DNA from: Sphagnum compactum
Lineage: Eukaryota
Assembly: GCA_965153455.1 (NCBI GenBank)
Contig: OZ234493.1
Location: forward strand, 8,794,213 to 8,858,212
Length of the DNA: 64,000 bases
Direction of reading: 5' to 3'
The notes below the pieces were generated by a model. That model saw only the letters and a program-made list of their open reading frames with translations, ran no database searches and was not told where the DNA came from. Every line of letters begins with the position of its first letter. Positions within the stretch are counted from its first letter, which is position 1. A program made the translations under genes and the position numbers. Positions 1 through 12,300 of this stretch are shown one piece after another.

Positions 1-2239
1 TAATAAAGAAACAATAAACTAAAAAATACAAAAATGAACATATCAAAACATAAACACACCTGCATAATCAAACAAATAAACAAAACAAAGACACAAACAC
101 AAATATAAAAAAAACTATCAACACAACTAAATACATAAACACATCAACAAACAAACATTCAAATAGAACGCAAACGCAACAAAGAAAAGAAAAACACACG
201 CACACACAAACAATGTAAAAATATAATAAAATTACTAGCACAAGTGTGAATGTTGTTGAAGATTATGAGCTTTGAACTTCAAGCTTCCACACTTGCATGG
301 AGACAAATTAGTCAGGGGGTGGGGGGAGGAGTACTAGGTAAAAATGCAAACTCAAAAAAAACACAACACAAAAATAGGTAAGTGGAAAAGCAAGTGGGAA
401 CACTAGGTACTTGTGTGAATTGTCACTATTGGTGAAGCAATATGTGAAGGCACAATAATAGGTGAAACAATGTTGATGATAGGAGCATGTGGAACAAATG
501 AGAACAACGAGATCAAATAGTGATGACGAGAATAAGTGTAGTAAGCAAGAGTGATGTGAACGAGCAATGATGGTTGGAGCAATCAAGAGCATGTGTGACA
601 CATGATGAACCAACCAAGGTGTGGCAAGTTGGCCAACCAACATGCTACAAAGAAATAGAAAGATGAAGCTTGTAGGTGGGAAGAGAAGAAAAGGGTAGAG
701 AAGAAAGAATGAAGGGAAGAGAAGGAAAAAGGAAGAAGAGAAGAGGAGGGAAGGAGAGTGAAAAAAAACAACAAGAAAGAATGAATCTTTGAGGACTTGC
801 AAAACCAAGCACAAAGAATAGACAAAAAGCCTCACAAAAACGAAAGCAAGAAGCATTGATGCATCAACACTAAAATTTGTGAAAATGAATAATGGGGATA
901 GAAATTGCTTGTGGGACCTTTTAGTTAGTCTTCAAGAAATAGAAGCTACAAGACAAGTGTTACACTAGGAAAGAAGTGGCACCACTAGGAAAGAAGAAAA
1001 ACCCTAAGGCTTTGGATGCTTGTAGAAACTAGACATCCTAATGTACTAGGTACATGGACCCCTTAGGCCTAGCCTAAAATTGAAGGCTGAAAACTTGACT
1101 CTTCTTACACCTTTTTACCCCATCTGGGTATCAACATTTTGAAAGCTATGAAAAAGATCTGAATCTCATGGTCCAAGAACAAGAAATATAATTGAGGATT
1201 TGGACATCAATTTGGGTATCAATAAGTTTGATACCTGTAGGTGTTTAATGCCTAATACTCAAGTGAGATACCTTAATGCCTTGATACTCTCAGGTGATAC
1301 CTGACACTCCTTTTGATACCCGCCCAACACTAGAGTTAAGACCTGGTGATCATTTTTATGCTCGGGAAAGTGAGGTGAGTGGCACATAAACTATTTTACT
1401 TGCAAGCAAAGTATGATGATACATTTGCTCAAAGCCCAAATCATGTGAAAACCCAAGTGAATTTCAAGGTTTGCCAGGCTTCCCATTTGAGTAAAATCTT
1501 GAGTAAAATTTCTCCACTCAGGTAGGTCACTTTGAGCTGCTCAAACTGTTGGCCCTGAACCGTCCCACTGGGTAAATTTGGTTGCTCATGGGAGGGAGGG
1601 AGGTTAGAGAGCATGTGAGCCCAGACCTGTCAACTTGGACTATGTGCCTACTCAGTCAGGCACATAGTAGGAGCTGAACTTTAATAATAATAATAATTCA
1701 CCTTCTCCCAACTCCAAAGTGAGAAAGACATGGATTTGGGCACTAAAGTCTCCCACCAAAAACAAAAGGATAGGGTGTTTTCACACTACATTCCTGGCCA
1801 AAAATGAAGTTAACCTTTTGTGGTATCAAAATCCTCAAAACCCAAAAAAAAACATTCACTTCTGATTTGCCCCAAATAAAAAGAACAAATAGAGAGAGGG
1901 GATGTAAGAAAAACAACAATTCATAGATGGATTTAATAGCAAGCAATGGATTTTTGCACACCAAAGGGGGGGAGCCAAAGGCTGAATTTTTATAAGGATT
2001 ATTTTTGTGTCTCTAGAATTAAATTAAAAATAGAAATGAGGGTTTTTCACACTTGGGTTCATTAAGAACTCTGAAGGTAACACCCACTGTGACTGGAATA
2101 GTATTGGGATGGGTGACCTTAAATTAAATGGAGGCTAAATATAATAATACTTGGGGCCCACAAGGAATCTACCAGGCCTTGTGTTGTCATTCATTCCTTG
2201 CAAAGTGCTCAGAAAAAATGTTAATGGCCAATGAAATTT

Positions 2240-2548
2240 ATTGCTGGATTTGGTGGTCTGAAGCTTTTTTTTTGTCTTAGTTATATCTATAATGAACTAA
2301 CAATCAAATGTGTAATAGGGTTTAGTAGGTTTGTGTGGAATTTAGATAACCAATGGAAATGCTAGAAAGGGATCATTATTTTCAATTTTCAGCAGAATAG
2401 GGTTGTGTATAAAAAGCTTGAAAAAAAATAATTTAATGTTTTTTTTTTTTTTTTTTGGGTTCACCCTGCCAATAGGATTGCTGGATTTGGTGGTCTGAAT
2501 TTTGTTTTCTTACTTATATCTTAAGTGTGCTAACAGTTCAATGTGTAA
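2240..2548. repeat. Diverged direct duplication (~75 bp)
   Basis: ttgctggatttggtggtctgaa...ttatatct...ctaaca...aatgtgtaa occurs at ~2241 and ~2478. Confidence 0.7.
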
Positions 2549-2555
2549 AAATATA

Positions 2556-2772
2556 CCATAGTACGTACCTTGGCCAATTCGACACTAATTATATTATTTT
2601 CAGAAATGATGAAATTTTCAAAAATGATTTTTTTTTTTCCAAATCAAAAAAAATTGTGAAGTATCATAGTGAATCTTTTAGAGAATATTCCATTGGTTGA
2701 AATTTTTAATTCTTCAAAATTAATTGTTTATTTATTTGACAAACATGTGTTGAAATGGCCAAGGTACTACGG
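2556..2772. mobile_element. MITE (~217 bp) with terminal inverted repeats and TA flanks (Tc1/mariner/Stowaway-like)
   Basis: Left end ta|ccatagtac-gtaccttggccaattcgacac; right end gtgttgaaatggccaaggtactacgg|ta. The ends are inverted complements (19/21 in the core, plus a 4-nt insertion on the left). TA sits on both sides; the interior is AT-rich and non-coding. Confidence 0.75.
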
Positions 2773-3523
2773 TAATAAGTATTTATTTACAGACAGGGAG
2801 GGTTCTTGCAACATTACTTGAGCACTTTGTGTTGGATATAGGTAATATTATGATCTCGTTCATCTTGAGGGTCCAAAAGATGAAAAGCCAGTTTGGGAAA
2901 AAGCTCCAGATGATGACAGTAAAAATTGATTGAATCTTTTTTCTTCAGATTTGTGCTGATGCTGTTTCTTACAGCAATTGGGGTGGGGATGATGTGTTTC
3001 AAGAAGAAGGTGAATTGGAGGATCCACTTATGTCCAAAAGTTTTAGAAGAAGATAATGCCATGATCAAAATTATGTCTTTAATGGGTGTGTGTCACATGC
3101 CCGGGCATTTCGGTAGTCTGATCATACACGTAGCCAGCCCATACAACAAATCAGTAAGGGCAATAAAGGACTGAATTTGGATTGATTGCACGGTGCTGTT
3201 GGAGCAGTTCAAGTATGCAGCAAGAAGCAGCAGCCCATACCCATAGGACAATGTCTTCTGTCCGTGGAGATGTTTGCTTGAAAACCCATTGCCAGGCTAG
3301 ATGCTAAATACCACCCCTTGCAACAGAGCTCAGATTTCGAACCCGCTGAGCTGCTGCAAAAACATAAAATAGTTCTGAAATTAAAAGAAAAACCATTGCT
3401 AAGTTCTTTTGCAGAATTAAAAAACACATGTAGATGTCGGGGGTATTTAGTGGTGTCTCACCATTGCCAATAAGGCAGAGAGATAAATCATTGCATGGCT
3501 TGCTTACTTACTTACTTACAATG

Positions 3524-3640
3524 TGTTGCACAGATTTCCAAAGCCAGTGAATTCAACCGCAAAGAGGATCATAGTTTATACTTGTTGCACAGATTTCAAA
3601 GCCGGTGAAAACAGCAAAGAGGATCATAGTGTATACTTGT
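3524..3640. repeat. Tandem duplication (~58 bp x2)
   Basis: tgttgcacagatttc-aaagcc-gtgaa...gcaaagaggatcatagt-tatact repeated head to tail. Confidence 0.85.
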
Positions 3641-5048
3641 AATGCCAACTCTTAAAAGCATATAAAAGCGTCCGCAGTGAATTTTATGAGCAGTAATTAA
3701 GTCCTTACAACAGATTCACATATTCTGTGCATGCATTTCTCAGCTGGCAGTTCCAAAAGCCTGGAGTGCACTGAGTGCAAAATATCAACAGGGCTCAGAC
3801 TCTCATCTTTTCTCTCACTAATAGTTTTTTATTCAAAGTACACTGGACTCGCAAGACCATATAGACCACATGAAAATAGTAGTCAACAATGACCAGCAAG
3901 GTTTGCATCAAAACTTGAAACCCACAATATTAAGTAGGTACTACCTATATGAAAACAATCATACAAAACTAGCAGTTAAAAATTGGACAAACACCCACAA
4001 TATTCTCCAAATTTGCATATGAAAATAGTAATTGCTCTCATACCCACACTACTAAATACTATACAAAAACTTCACATGAAATTACTGGTTAAAAATGATG
4101 ATCAAGGTTTTCAACATCTACACCCATAATATATATTGTACAAAATCTCACCCACAATATCGTACATAATCTTGTATTCAGCACAACTGGAACAAACACA
4201 TTTGGCACCTTGGACAATATTTTAGGAGAACACCCATACCAATAATGTACTACATGTCTGTTGACAAATCTGGTTATGGGTGCAGCAAATCAGGAATTTG
4301 TCAGTAACATTTTCCTGTGTACTTCTACAAATTTCCGTCGTGGGTGTTCCTATATTTTTCTAGCTGGAGCTCAATTGGGTGAGTCATGTTGCTTAACGAT
4401 TTGCTTCTTTGGCCATTGGTTTAGGCCAAGTTTCTTTTTCATGCGATCGCTCTAACCTAAAGCACTTGGGACTTGGTAAAAGAATATGCACAAAATTGAA
4501 GAGGAACTGGCTAGAGTCATATTAGGTTTAATAAGGAACGAACTTTGCAGGCATTTCGGAGGCCTGTAGATTACATATTGGTATAGCACAATGGTCCTAA
4601 TCTCAACCTTATACATTATTCTGAACTGGAACCTACCTTCTCTTTTTCAGTCTTACCTTTTCCTTTCCGTCCCTTTCCCATCCAATTTCTCACCTTAGTC
4701 ATTGATGTTCTTGAATTGTTTCATCCATGTGGTCTGGTGTGGTCAAGCTGAAAGTATGCACAAACCTTGAAGCCACATGTCAAGATGACATTTCTATTGT
4801 ACTAGTTGAGCTTGCTCCTAGGAAAAAAAGAATCACCAGAGGACGAATGTGGCAAGCGATGCTTGAGAAGCTTCACCCTGATTGCAGAAGTTGGACTATT
4901 CTTCTATTCGATGCTTTGTCTTCCTTCTTTACAGTGTTTGTTCCTGTTTCCTTCATCACATCTTGTTCCCATCTTAAGAAGATTGGGAAACAACAAGGGG
5001 GGAAGTGTGGACATGCCAACTCTGAAGCAAGAAGCTAAAATTCCACTG

Positions 5049-8000
5049 TCAGCCTTCATAACGGCGTGGTGTGCTTCTGGTCGTTTCCCAGTTTCGGTTG
5101 CGTTTCACAAAGGCCTTGGTGGCAGGGCCCTCTTCTACTGAAGTATCACTATCATCTGCTGACTGCCCAGCTGAAAGTCGCTGCAATAAACGCTCTTGGC
5201 TTTGTGCTTCTGTCCGATGGGACCGCACATTTGTTGAGCCCACTTTCCGATCCTGCATGACCAACAATCAAAAGATAAGAATTTCAGTGATGGACATGAT
5301 CTTCGATGAAGTATGGAGTATGGTGGAAAAAAGGACAAAACAATGCATTATAATAAGACTTCAAGAACTGCATCTCTTTTTCTTTTTTTTTCCATTTTTG
5401 CACCAACCAAAACACACATTCAAAGGAGGAGACAGGGGATGTACATCTCTGAAGGGAAACTCTTCTGCCTCGAGCATATGAACAACATGACCGATTTTAG
5501 GTCGTTTAAGGGCATCCGGGTCGACACATCTCAAAGCTACAAGCAGAGAGCGCTTTAGTGCCCGTGAAGTTGGCTTCAATTCCATGCTTGGATCCGCCAC
5601 CTCCTCAGAACGCCTATTCCCAACCATTTGCTTCAACCAGTCCACTAGATTTATCTGCAAATTCCCCACTTATACCACTTCTTAATCACCATGTCTAAAA
5701 ATTCAGGAATGCTCTAGTGAAAATAGTCTACAAACCACTAAATGCCTTCTTCAACCCTGAGTGGTCATACTAAGATAAATCTTGTTATAAGATGCAGAAG
5801 ATACAGTGGAACCAAAGACCCATCATCAGTGGCCATAGCATCTATCTCACTAAAGCAGGTGCTAGGCTACAGTTCAAGGAATCAACAATCCAAAGTTCCT
5901 GAGATGTAATCATGTGAGGGTGGAGAGGATTATTGTGATGAGTTGAATTTCAGGGGTACCTCGCCAGCAGCACGATTATAATCAACAGGGTCACGGCCAG
6001 TAATGATCTCCATAAGAAGCACCCCAAAGCTATAAACGTCACTTCTCTCATTGAGAAGACCAGTATTTGCATACTCTGGTGCCACATATCTGCAAGTGTG
6101 CAACCCTGACCGAATTAAGCACAGCCATCCCATGAGGACCTACCTACCAGCTCTTGGAAACCTAAATGCAACTGTGCACTAAAAGTCAGATAGGTGAACA
6201 GATGATCACTAAAAATGACACCTGCCCATTTCAATAGATAATATAAATCACCACTTTCTAAAATCCTAATAGCAGCTTTTCCATATTCTAAAACCTCATT
6301 TGAATGTCATTACAATCTTCATTGAATGTTTTAATGCTGTCTGAACCCTAGTAAAGAAAAGAAAAGAATGTTACCCAAATGTGCCCATAACTCGAGTTGT
6401 AACATGGGACTTCCCTGATCCCAAAAGCTTAGCAAGACCAAAATCTGACACTTTGGCATTCCACTCAGAGTCAACAAGGATATTACTGGACTTGATATCC
6501 CGGTGCACCACCTTTGGCTCCAGTGCCTCATGCAAATATGCCAGGCTGCAACCCACATTGGCACTCACAGTTGGTGTTCAAATCGATGAAAGAGTAGCTA
6601 GTATGTATATATAGGTGTGTCAAATGCAGTTTAGCAACCGAAAACAGCATTTGCTGGTTGAGATATTGTTCCATAAGTTTCACTCCATATTCCGTGTCTC
6701 TACAATATGGATCTTTTATTTGGTTCTCACTTTTCCGTACCAATAAAATGTTGATACCCAAATCCCACTATCCAAGAAAAGAAATAGTTTGCTTTCGTGT
6801 TTATTGAATCTGCACTACTGAAACAAAACCATCTATTTTGATGCATGCTTATTATTTTCACATAATACATTTGCAAAGTAATAAAACTTAATTCTTACCC
6901 TTTGGCGGTGCCAAGAACAATCTTCATGCGTGCCTCCCATGGGAGGGGATTAGTTTTGGACATTGGCCCATGAAGCCATTGCTCTAAATTCCCGTTGTCT
7001 ACATATTCATATACAAGCATCCTGCAGACAAAAAAGATATCATCAAAAATATGTTATGTTGCATCAAAATTGCATTGTTTCAATTATCAGCAATATGGCA
7101 ACAACAGTGAATTACAGAGAATGATAACAGGCAATGCAGAACAGCTTGGCAACAAGACCTACGTAGTACCACATGAATCTACCACTACTTCTTAGTTCAC
7201 AAAGAAAGATACTGTGGACAAATTGATGAGTTACCTGTGAGCACCCTCTGCACAATAACCCAGTAGCCTGACCAGATTTTTGTGCCGCACCCGGCCTATG
7301 GCCTCCACCTCCACCCTGAACTCCTTTTCTGCCTGACCCCTATTCAGGGAGAGCCAAACATTTCATTCAAGTTTGCTGAAGTCAATTCCAACTACACCTA
7401 GAAGTGTGTGTTCATTGTTTAAGAGATGATATGACAAGTTGCAGGGCAGTGCAGTCTTTGTGGGCACAATTTCTCAAAGCAAAAGTTTGTCAACATCATA
7501 GATTAGGGCACATTCACAATCATAATAACCAAAAAGGACATTAGATCCAAATGAAAGCTGTAAAAACAGATGTAAGACACACAAATGTAAGATACACAAG
7601 AGAACTAGATGAATCTCCTCTGATGGTCATACATATGTAAAAAAATGTTTTACAGGTAGACCAACTAAAAACTCTGAAACTAGATTTGCAATGAGACGTG
7701 TATTGTGGTGAACTGCAGGCATACTTGGTGAAAAACTCCTATTCTTGCTAAGTTGAGGAAGTTTGGTGAATCTACACATAAGTTTATAGGAGTGCATTTG
7801 ACAAAGCACATTCACTTGAGCGGAATTCAATCGAGCACATACAAAAGCACTTTTGGTTGAGCATGCATGAAGGACATTTAGTTTTGAACATTTGATTGAG
7901 TGCATATGAAGCCACATTCGACTGAGCACATACAAAAGCACATTTGGTACCTGTTATTGAGAAGGTTTTTGACTGCAACCATGGTTCCATCTGGGAGCTG

Positions 8001-8804
8001 GCCTCTGTACACGATGCCATAGCCACCTTCTCCAACCACATTGCTCTCCCCAAAGTTGTTGGTGGCAGCTTCCAGTTCTCGGAGAGTATACCAATGTCCC
8101 CAACCCAAGTGAGAGACTTCAGGTGCAGCAGAAGCAGCAGCAGAGACGGGAGAATCAATGCTCCTTGCAGATACAGAACCTCCACTCAAGCTTAAGAAGG
8201 AGTGGGTTTTGCTGTCTAGCGGTGGGACAGTGTCATGTCCAAAGGAGCCTCGTTTCTCAGCGGATGCTTCGAATTGAGGAGGAGAAGGAAGGATCACCAT
8301 GTTGTTGTTAGGGTTTTCATGTGTGTAGTGGTTATGGTGCCTTACCTCACCACCCATGTCAACAAAAGCAGCAGCAGTCCCCGGTTGTTGTTCCTTCTCA
8401 GCTCTCCATGACCCAAATGAGTTCTTGAAGCTGCCAGATTGTGGGTCACCCACATGGACGACACCTTTCTCCATGGACTCCTTCTCGCCGGAGTTTTCGC
8501 TGATTGTGACAAGGATGGGATCTGGTGGCGGTAAGTACGTGTTTCCCACTCTGTCAATCTTCACTTCTTTGATCTCAAGCGACTTCTTCTCAAGAGCTTC
8601 TTCCTCCTGCTGCTGCTGTTGGGAAAGCTTTGAATGCTTCCTTTTACTGCTGCTTCTCCTCCGCTTCAACAGAAGCCATGTGCACAAGAACAGAAGCGTG
8701 ACAACAATTATGACTGCAACCGCTATGCCGATTATTCCCCACAGCTTCAAACCCAAAACATTTGTCTTCTTGGAAAGCTCGCTTGACAGATTGTTGTTCC
8801 CCAT
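5049..8804 (-). CDS. Membrane-anchored receptor-like Ser/Thr kinase (RLCK-V-type, At1g01540-like), 7 exons, ~598 aa
   Basis: Exons (minus): 8804-7951, 7339-7235, 7021-6899, 6545-6375, 6089-5960, 5654-5445, 5252-5049. All introns are GT-AG, phases are consistent, total 1797 nt. N-terminal '[32 protein letters not shown]' TM segment and '[21 protein letters not shown]' are typical of RLCK-V. Kinase motifs present: [30 protein letters not shown]. Confidence 0.93.
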
Positions 8805-8867
8805 CGAAACCGAAGAAACACTAGCTGCTCCTTTCTTTCTTCACTGCCCTCCCTGAGCCCCCTCCCT

Positions 8868-8984
8868 TCAGACTTTCTTCAGGAAAATGCCAGTTTGCCA
8901 GAATGCTGGTAAAGAAGCAGTAGCCACAACTACTGGGATACTATTGCCACCGGAGGAACCAACAGCTGCTGCTGCTGCTGACAT
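8868..8984 (-). promoter_or_regulatory. Candidate 38-aa upstream ORF in the kinase 5' leader
   Basis: ATG at 8984 (context AACAATGT) gives MSAAAAAVGSSGGNSIPVVVATASLPAFWQTGIFLKKV*. The stop lies 63 nt before the main ATG. Being inside the transcript is inferred from the CT/CAG-rich leader-like sequence that runs to ~9700. Confidence 0.45.
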
Positions 8985-9327
8985 TGTTCTTGGGAAGACA
9001 TGGGAAAGCTGCTGCTGCTGCTGCCAGGATGAAGCTTCAAGTCCAACAGATGAAGGCCCCCCCGTGAACTGCAGAGCAGCTGCAGCTGCTACTACTACTA
9101 CTACTACTAAAAGCCACAATAGTAGAGCAATGCATGATGGAGGATCCGAAACACAAGAGAAAACCAAAGACGTTGCAGAATAACCCACCAAAAGAAGAAG
9201 GGGGGGAAAACAAAAACACGGAGTTGAAAGAAGAAACACTCAGACACAAGAGCAAACGGTAATAGGGAATGCCTGCAAACACTTGAGACTGTATTAAACG
9301 ATCCACCTTCAGAAAAAGAGATGGGTA

Positions 9328-9330
<3 letters not shown>

Positions 9331-9367
<37 letters not shown>
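9331..9367. repeat. (GA)n microsatellite
   Basis: About 18 consecutive AG units in the kinase leader/promoter. Confidence 0.95.
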
Positions 9368-9371
<4 letters not shown>

Positions 9372-12300
9372 TTTTCCAAAGAGACAAGAATGCAGTTAGA
9401 GAAAACAGACAACAAAAAGTAGAGAAGGAAGTGGAGCAAAAAAAGAATAAACAAAAACCAGAGAAGAATGATGAGGAGAGGGAAAAAGCAAGCAAGTACC
9501 CAGAAGGGGAAGAGGAGGAATGAAGAAAGTAGGCAGCAGCAGCAGCTGAAGAGAGAGAAGTGCAAGAAAAGACTTGAGAAAGGAGAGGAGAGAATGAGCG
9601 CCAGTGCAAGGGCTCCTGATTTGTTGTGCTTCTGCTCAGCTGCAAGGGATGTAGTAGGTAGGTAGGTAGGTAGGTAGGTAACAGAAAGAGAGCTACAAAG
9701 AAGACCATCAACTGCCTACCGAGTACCTGACTTTCACCTTTTTACTACCTACCAATCACACTTTTCTGTTGTACACAACGAACTCGGAACTGGTTTAAAC
9801 CTAGTAAAAAAGTTTTTTTTTATTTTACCACACAACCAGAATGGGTTTACCATAAACCATTGTTTGCCGGTTCTCACTTTTCACGAGAACCTCCGGTTCG
9901 GTCGAGGTTTTTATTTTTTATTTTTTTTATAAAAAATAAATTTAAAGGACCTTTTGGTTTTAGTTCCAGGATTTTTTATTTTTTTTTAAAAAAATTTGAT
10001 AGAACCTTCGATCCGGTTCTGAACCGAATTCTTCTTCGGATTTCAAAGACCCTTGCTTGGTTCCCCCATGTTTTTTAAAACAAATTAATTCTAAAGTGAG
10101 TCCGAGAACCACCTATATCAACTACATAATACCCAAACTCAGCAAAACCGTATATAAATTAAAAACAAGCTGGGGTAGTGTTGAAAACCATCATAATTAA
10201 CAATTATCCCAAGCTACAATCAGAATAATTTCACTCCTTGTATGACAATATCATATAATAATAAATCATGAAAAATTTAAATAGTTTCAAATTTATAAAA
10301 ATAGTTAATAGTTTTTGGGGAAAAAAAAATTATTTGTTTGGTCCATATGGAAACTGACCCTTTGCTACAATAGTGTATATTTACCTAGTCTGAATGTTAT
10401 CTATGTACTAGAGACCCCCCTAAGACCTAACTAATGTTAAAGTAAGCATATTGAATGTGCAGAACTTTATTGCCTACATGAGGGAAGCAAACAGCAAAGG
10501 ATGTATGTAGTACTAGAAGTTGTTATCCGTAAAGTCACCCTCTCTTTCACCCCCTATCTCCTCTGCTTGCTTTCATTCGCCCCCTACCCCTTTTCAGTGG
10601 AATAAAACTGGATATGAAATGCTGAAATTCAGCATTGAATGAATGCACAAGGTTCGAGAGTAATTATAGTAGTTCTGCAGGTAGACAGACGCAGCGAAAA
10701 TTATATGGTGTAGCAGCCAGCAGCAGCAGTGGAGACGGCTCAGGAGGAAAAAGAAAAAAAAGACAGGATGAAACTCAGTTTACCACCAAAATTGGTGGGA
10801 AAAACTAGTTTGGCTCCCCTGGTTATTTCATTTCATTTCATTCCCAGTTAGTTACACGTTTGATGCCCTATTATGCCGAAACTGGCCATTCTCGCCCCCT
10901 TCCTTAACTGCCTGACTTTATGGATACTATTGAAAATTGTCAATGTGAGGATGGGAGGTCCCAAAGATCATCTCCTTTTTCAATAATTTATCATCAATTC
11001 TTTCCAAGGAACAAAAGTATACACACGTTTACACTTGAATGCTGAGCACATGCCCCCATGGAACCCATCATGGTACTTCGCCTTTTACAGAGACACCATA
11101 GCAAAGCCTCACAGGCCATATAGCCCAAGGGCCTTTTGTTGAATGTTCCTACATGTGAATATAATATAGGCTTATTTATTTATATATCTTCAACTATCTT
11201 ATTAATATATTTATTTATTTATTTATAATTATATTATATATTAAAATCTATATTATAGAGACTATAATATAGAGACCATAATAGGAGATCTCACAATATT
11301 TTTTATTTGTATAATTATTAATTAATAATTTGGACAAACCCTTTCCTATTAAAAAGGGCCAGTAATTTTGGTGAGGGAAAAAGAGCCACCAAAAGTTCCC
11401 TCCAAATTTAATTTGGCATTTTTGAAAAGAAAAACACACAACAAAGACAATGATAAAGTATAATAATAATTAAATAATAATTGGAATTTTCTGGCTCTCA
11501 TGGTCTGCCATGAACTCTGGAAACCTTTGGCTTAATATTAACTGCTTCTGCCATGTTATGATTTCATGTAGGGATTTTGACCCATAAACTGCCCTCATGC
11601 ATTATGGATCAATCAGCATGGGCTATGATGATATGCCCAACCATCATCATCATAGTGGGCATTGGCAAGCTCTTGACTTCAACCCCCTAGGAGACCCACC
11701 TCTGTTGTTGGATCTCAAAGTTTATACGGTTTAGATTAATGATGGTAAATTTGTAGGACCCCCCTCTACCGTCGATTAGTTCCTCCCCCCCCCCCGACCC
11801 GCCCAAAAAAGTGTATTTATTTATTTATTTATTTATTTAAATTAGGATTTTTTTTTTCCAAAGTGGGTGAAAATATATATACATATGGACATGGAATTTA
11901 ACTAATATATGCAACCAATTAAAAGAAACAATATTGCAAATAGATTCATTACAAATGCATATGCTCTTTTGTGTGCTTCCCCATAGCAAAATTATCGTGC
12001 CCTTTACAACCCCAACCTTGTGCAATTGACTTTAACAATTGCGCATGCACACAAAAAATGGTTATTTCCACACAATATGTCAAGTAGTGAGTGATTCGTT
12101 CTAACAAACATTCAAGTAGTAGTGCGTGAAGTGAAGTTGGTTCTCAATGATTGATGATAACCATTGAGCTTCGGGGAACCACATAGGTTGGTTTCATGCT
12201 TCCACCCGAGAAGAAGAAAACAAGCCATTATTATATTCATTTTCAAATGGATACGAAGAGAGTAGTACTTCAACAAGGAATTCACTTAATGATGTGCCAG

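Noticed and set aside
308..856. 182-aa hydrophobic ORF on the minus strand
   Set aside because: Product of a GA-rich low-complexity tract (F/L/S-rich translation) with no recognisable domain or splice structure.
2793..3060. Exon-like segments on + (2793-2841, 2949 onward) with plausible splice signals
   Set aside because: Joining them gives stops in all three frames. It could be a non-coding transcript, but nothing in the sequence supports that.
9037..9711. 224-aa and 152-aa ORFs upstream of the kinase
   Set aside because: They are translations of CT/CAG microsatellite-rich leader sequence with no protein-like features.
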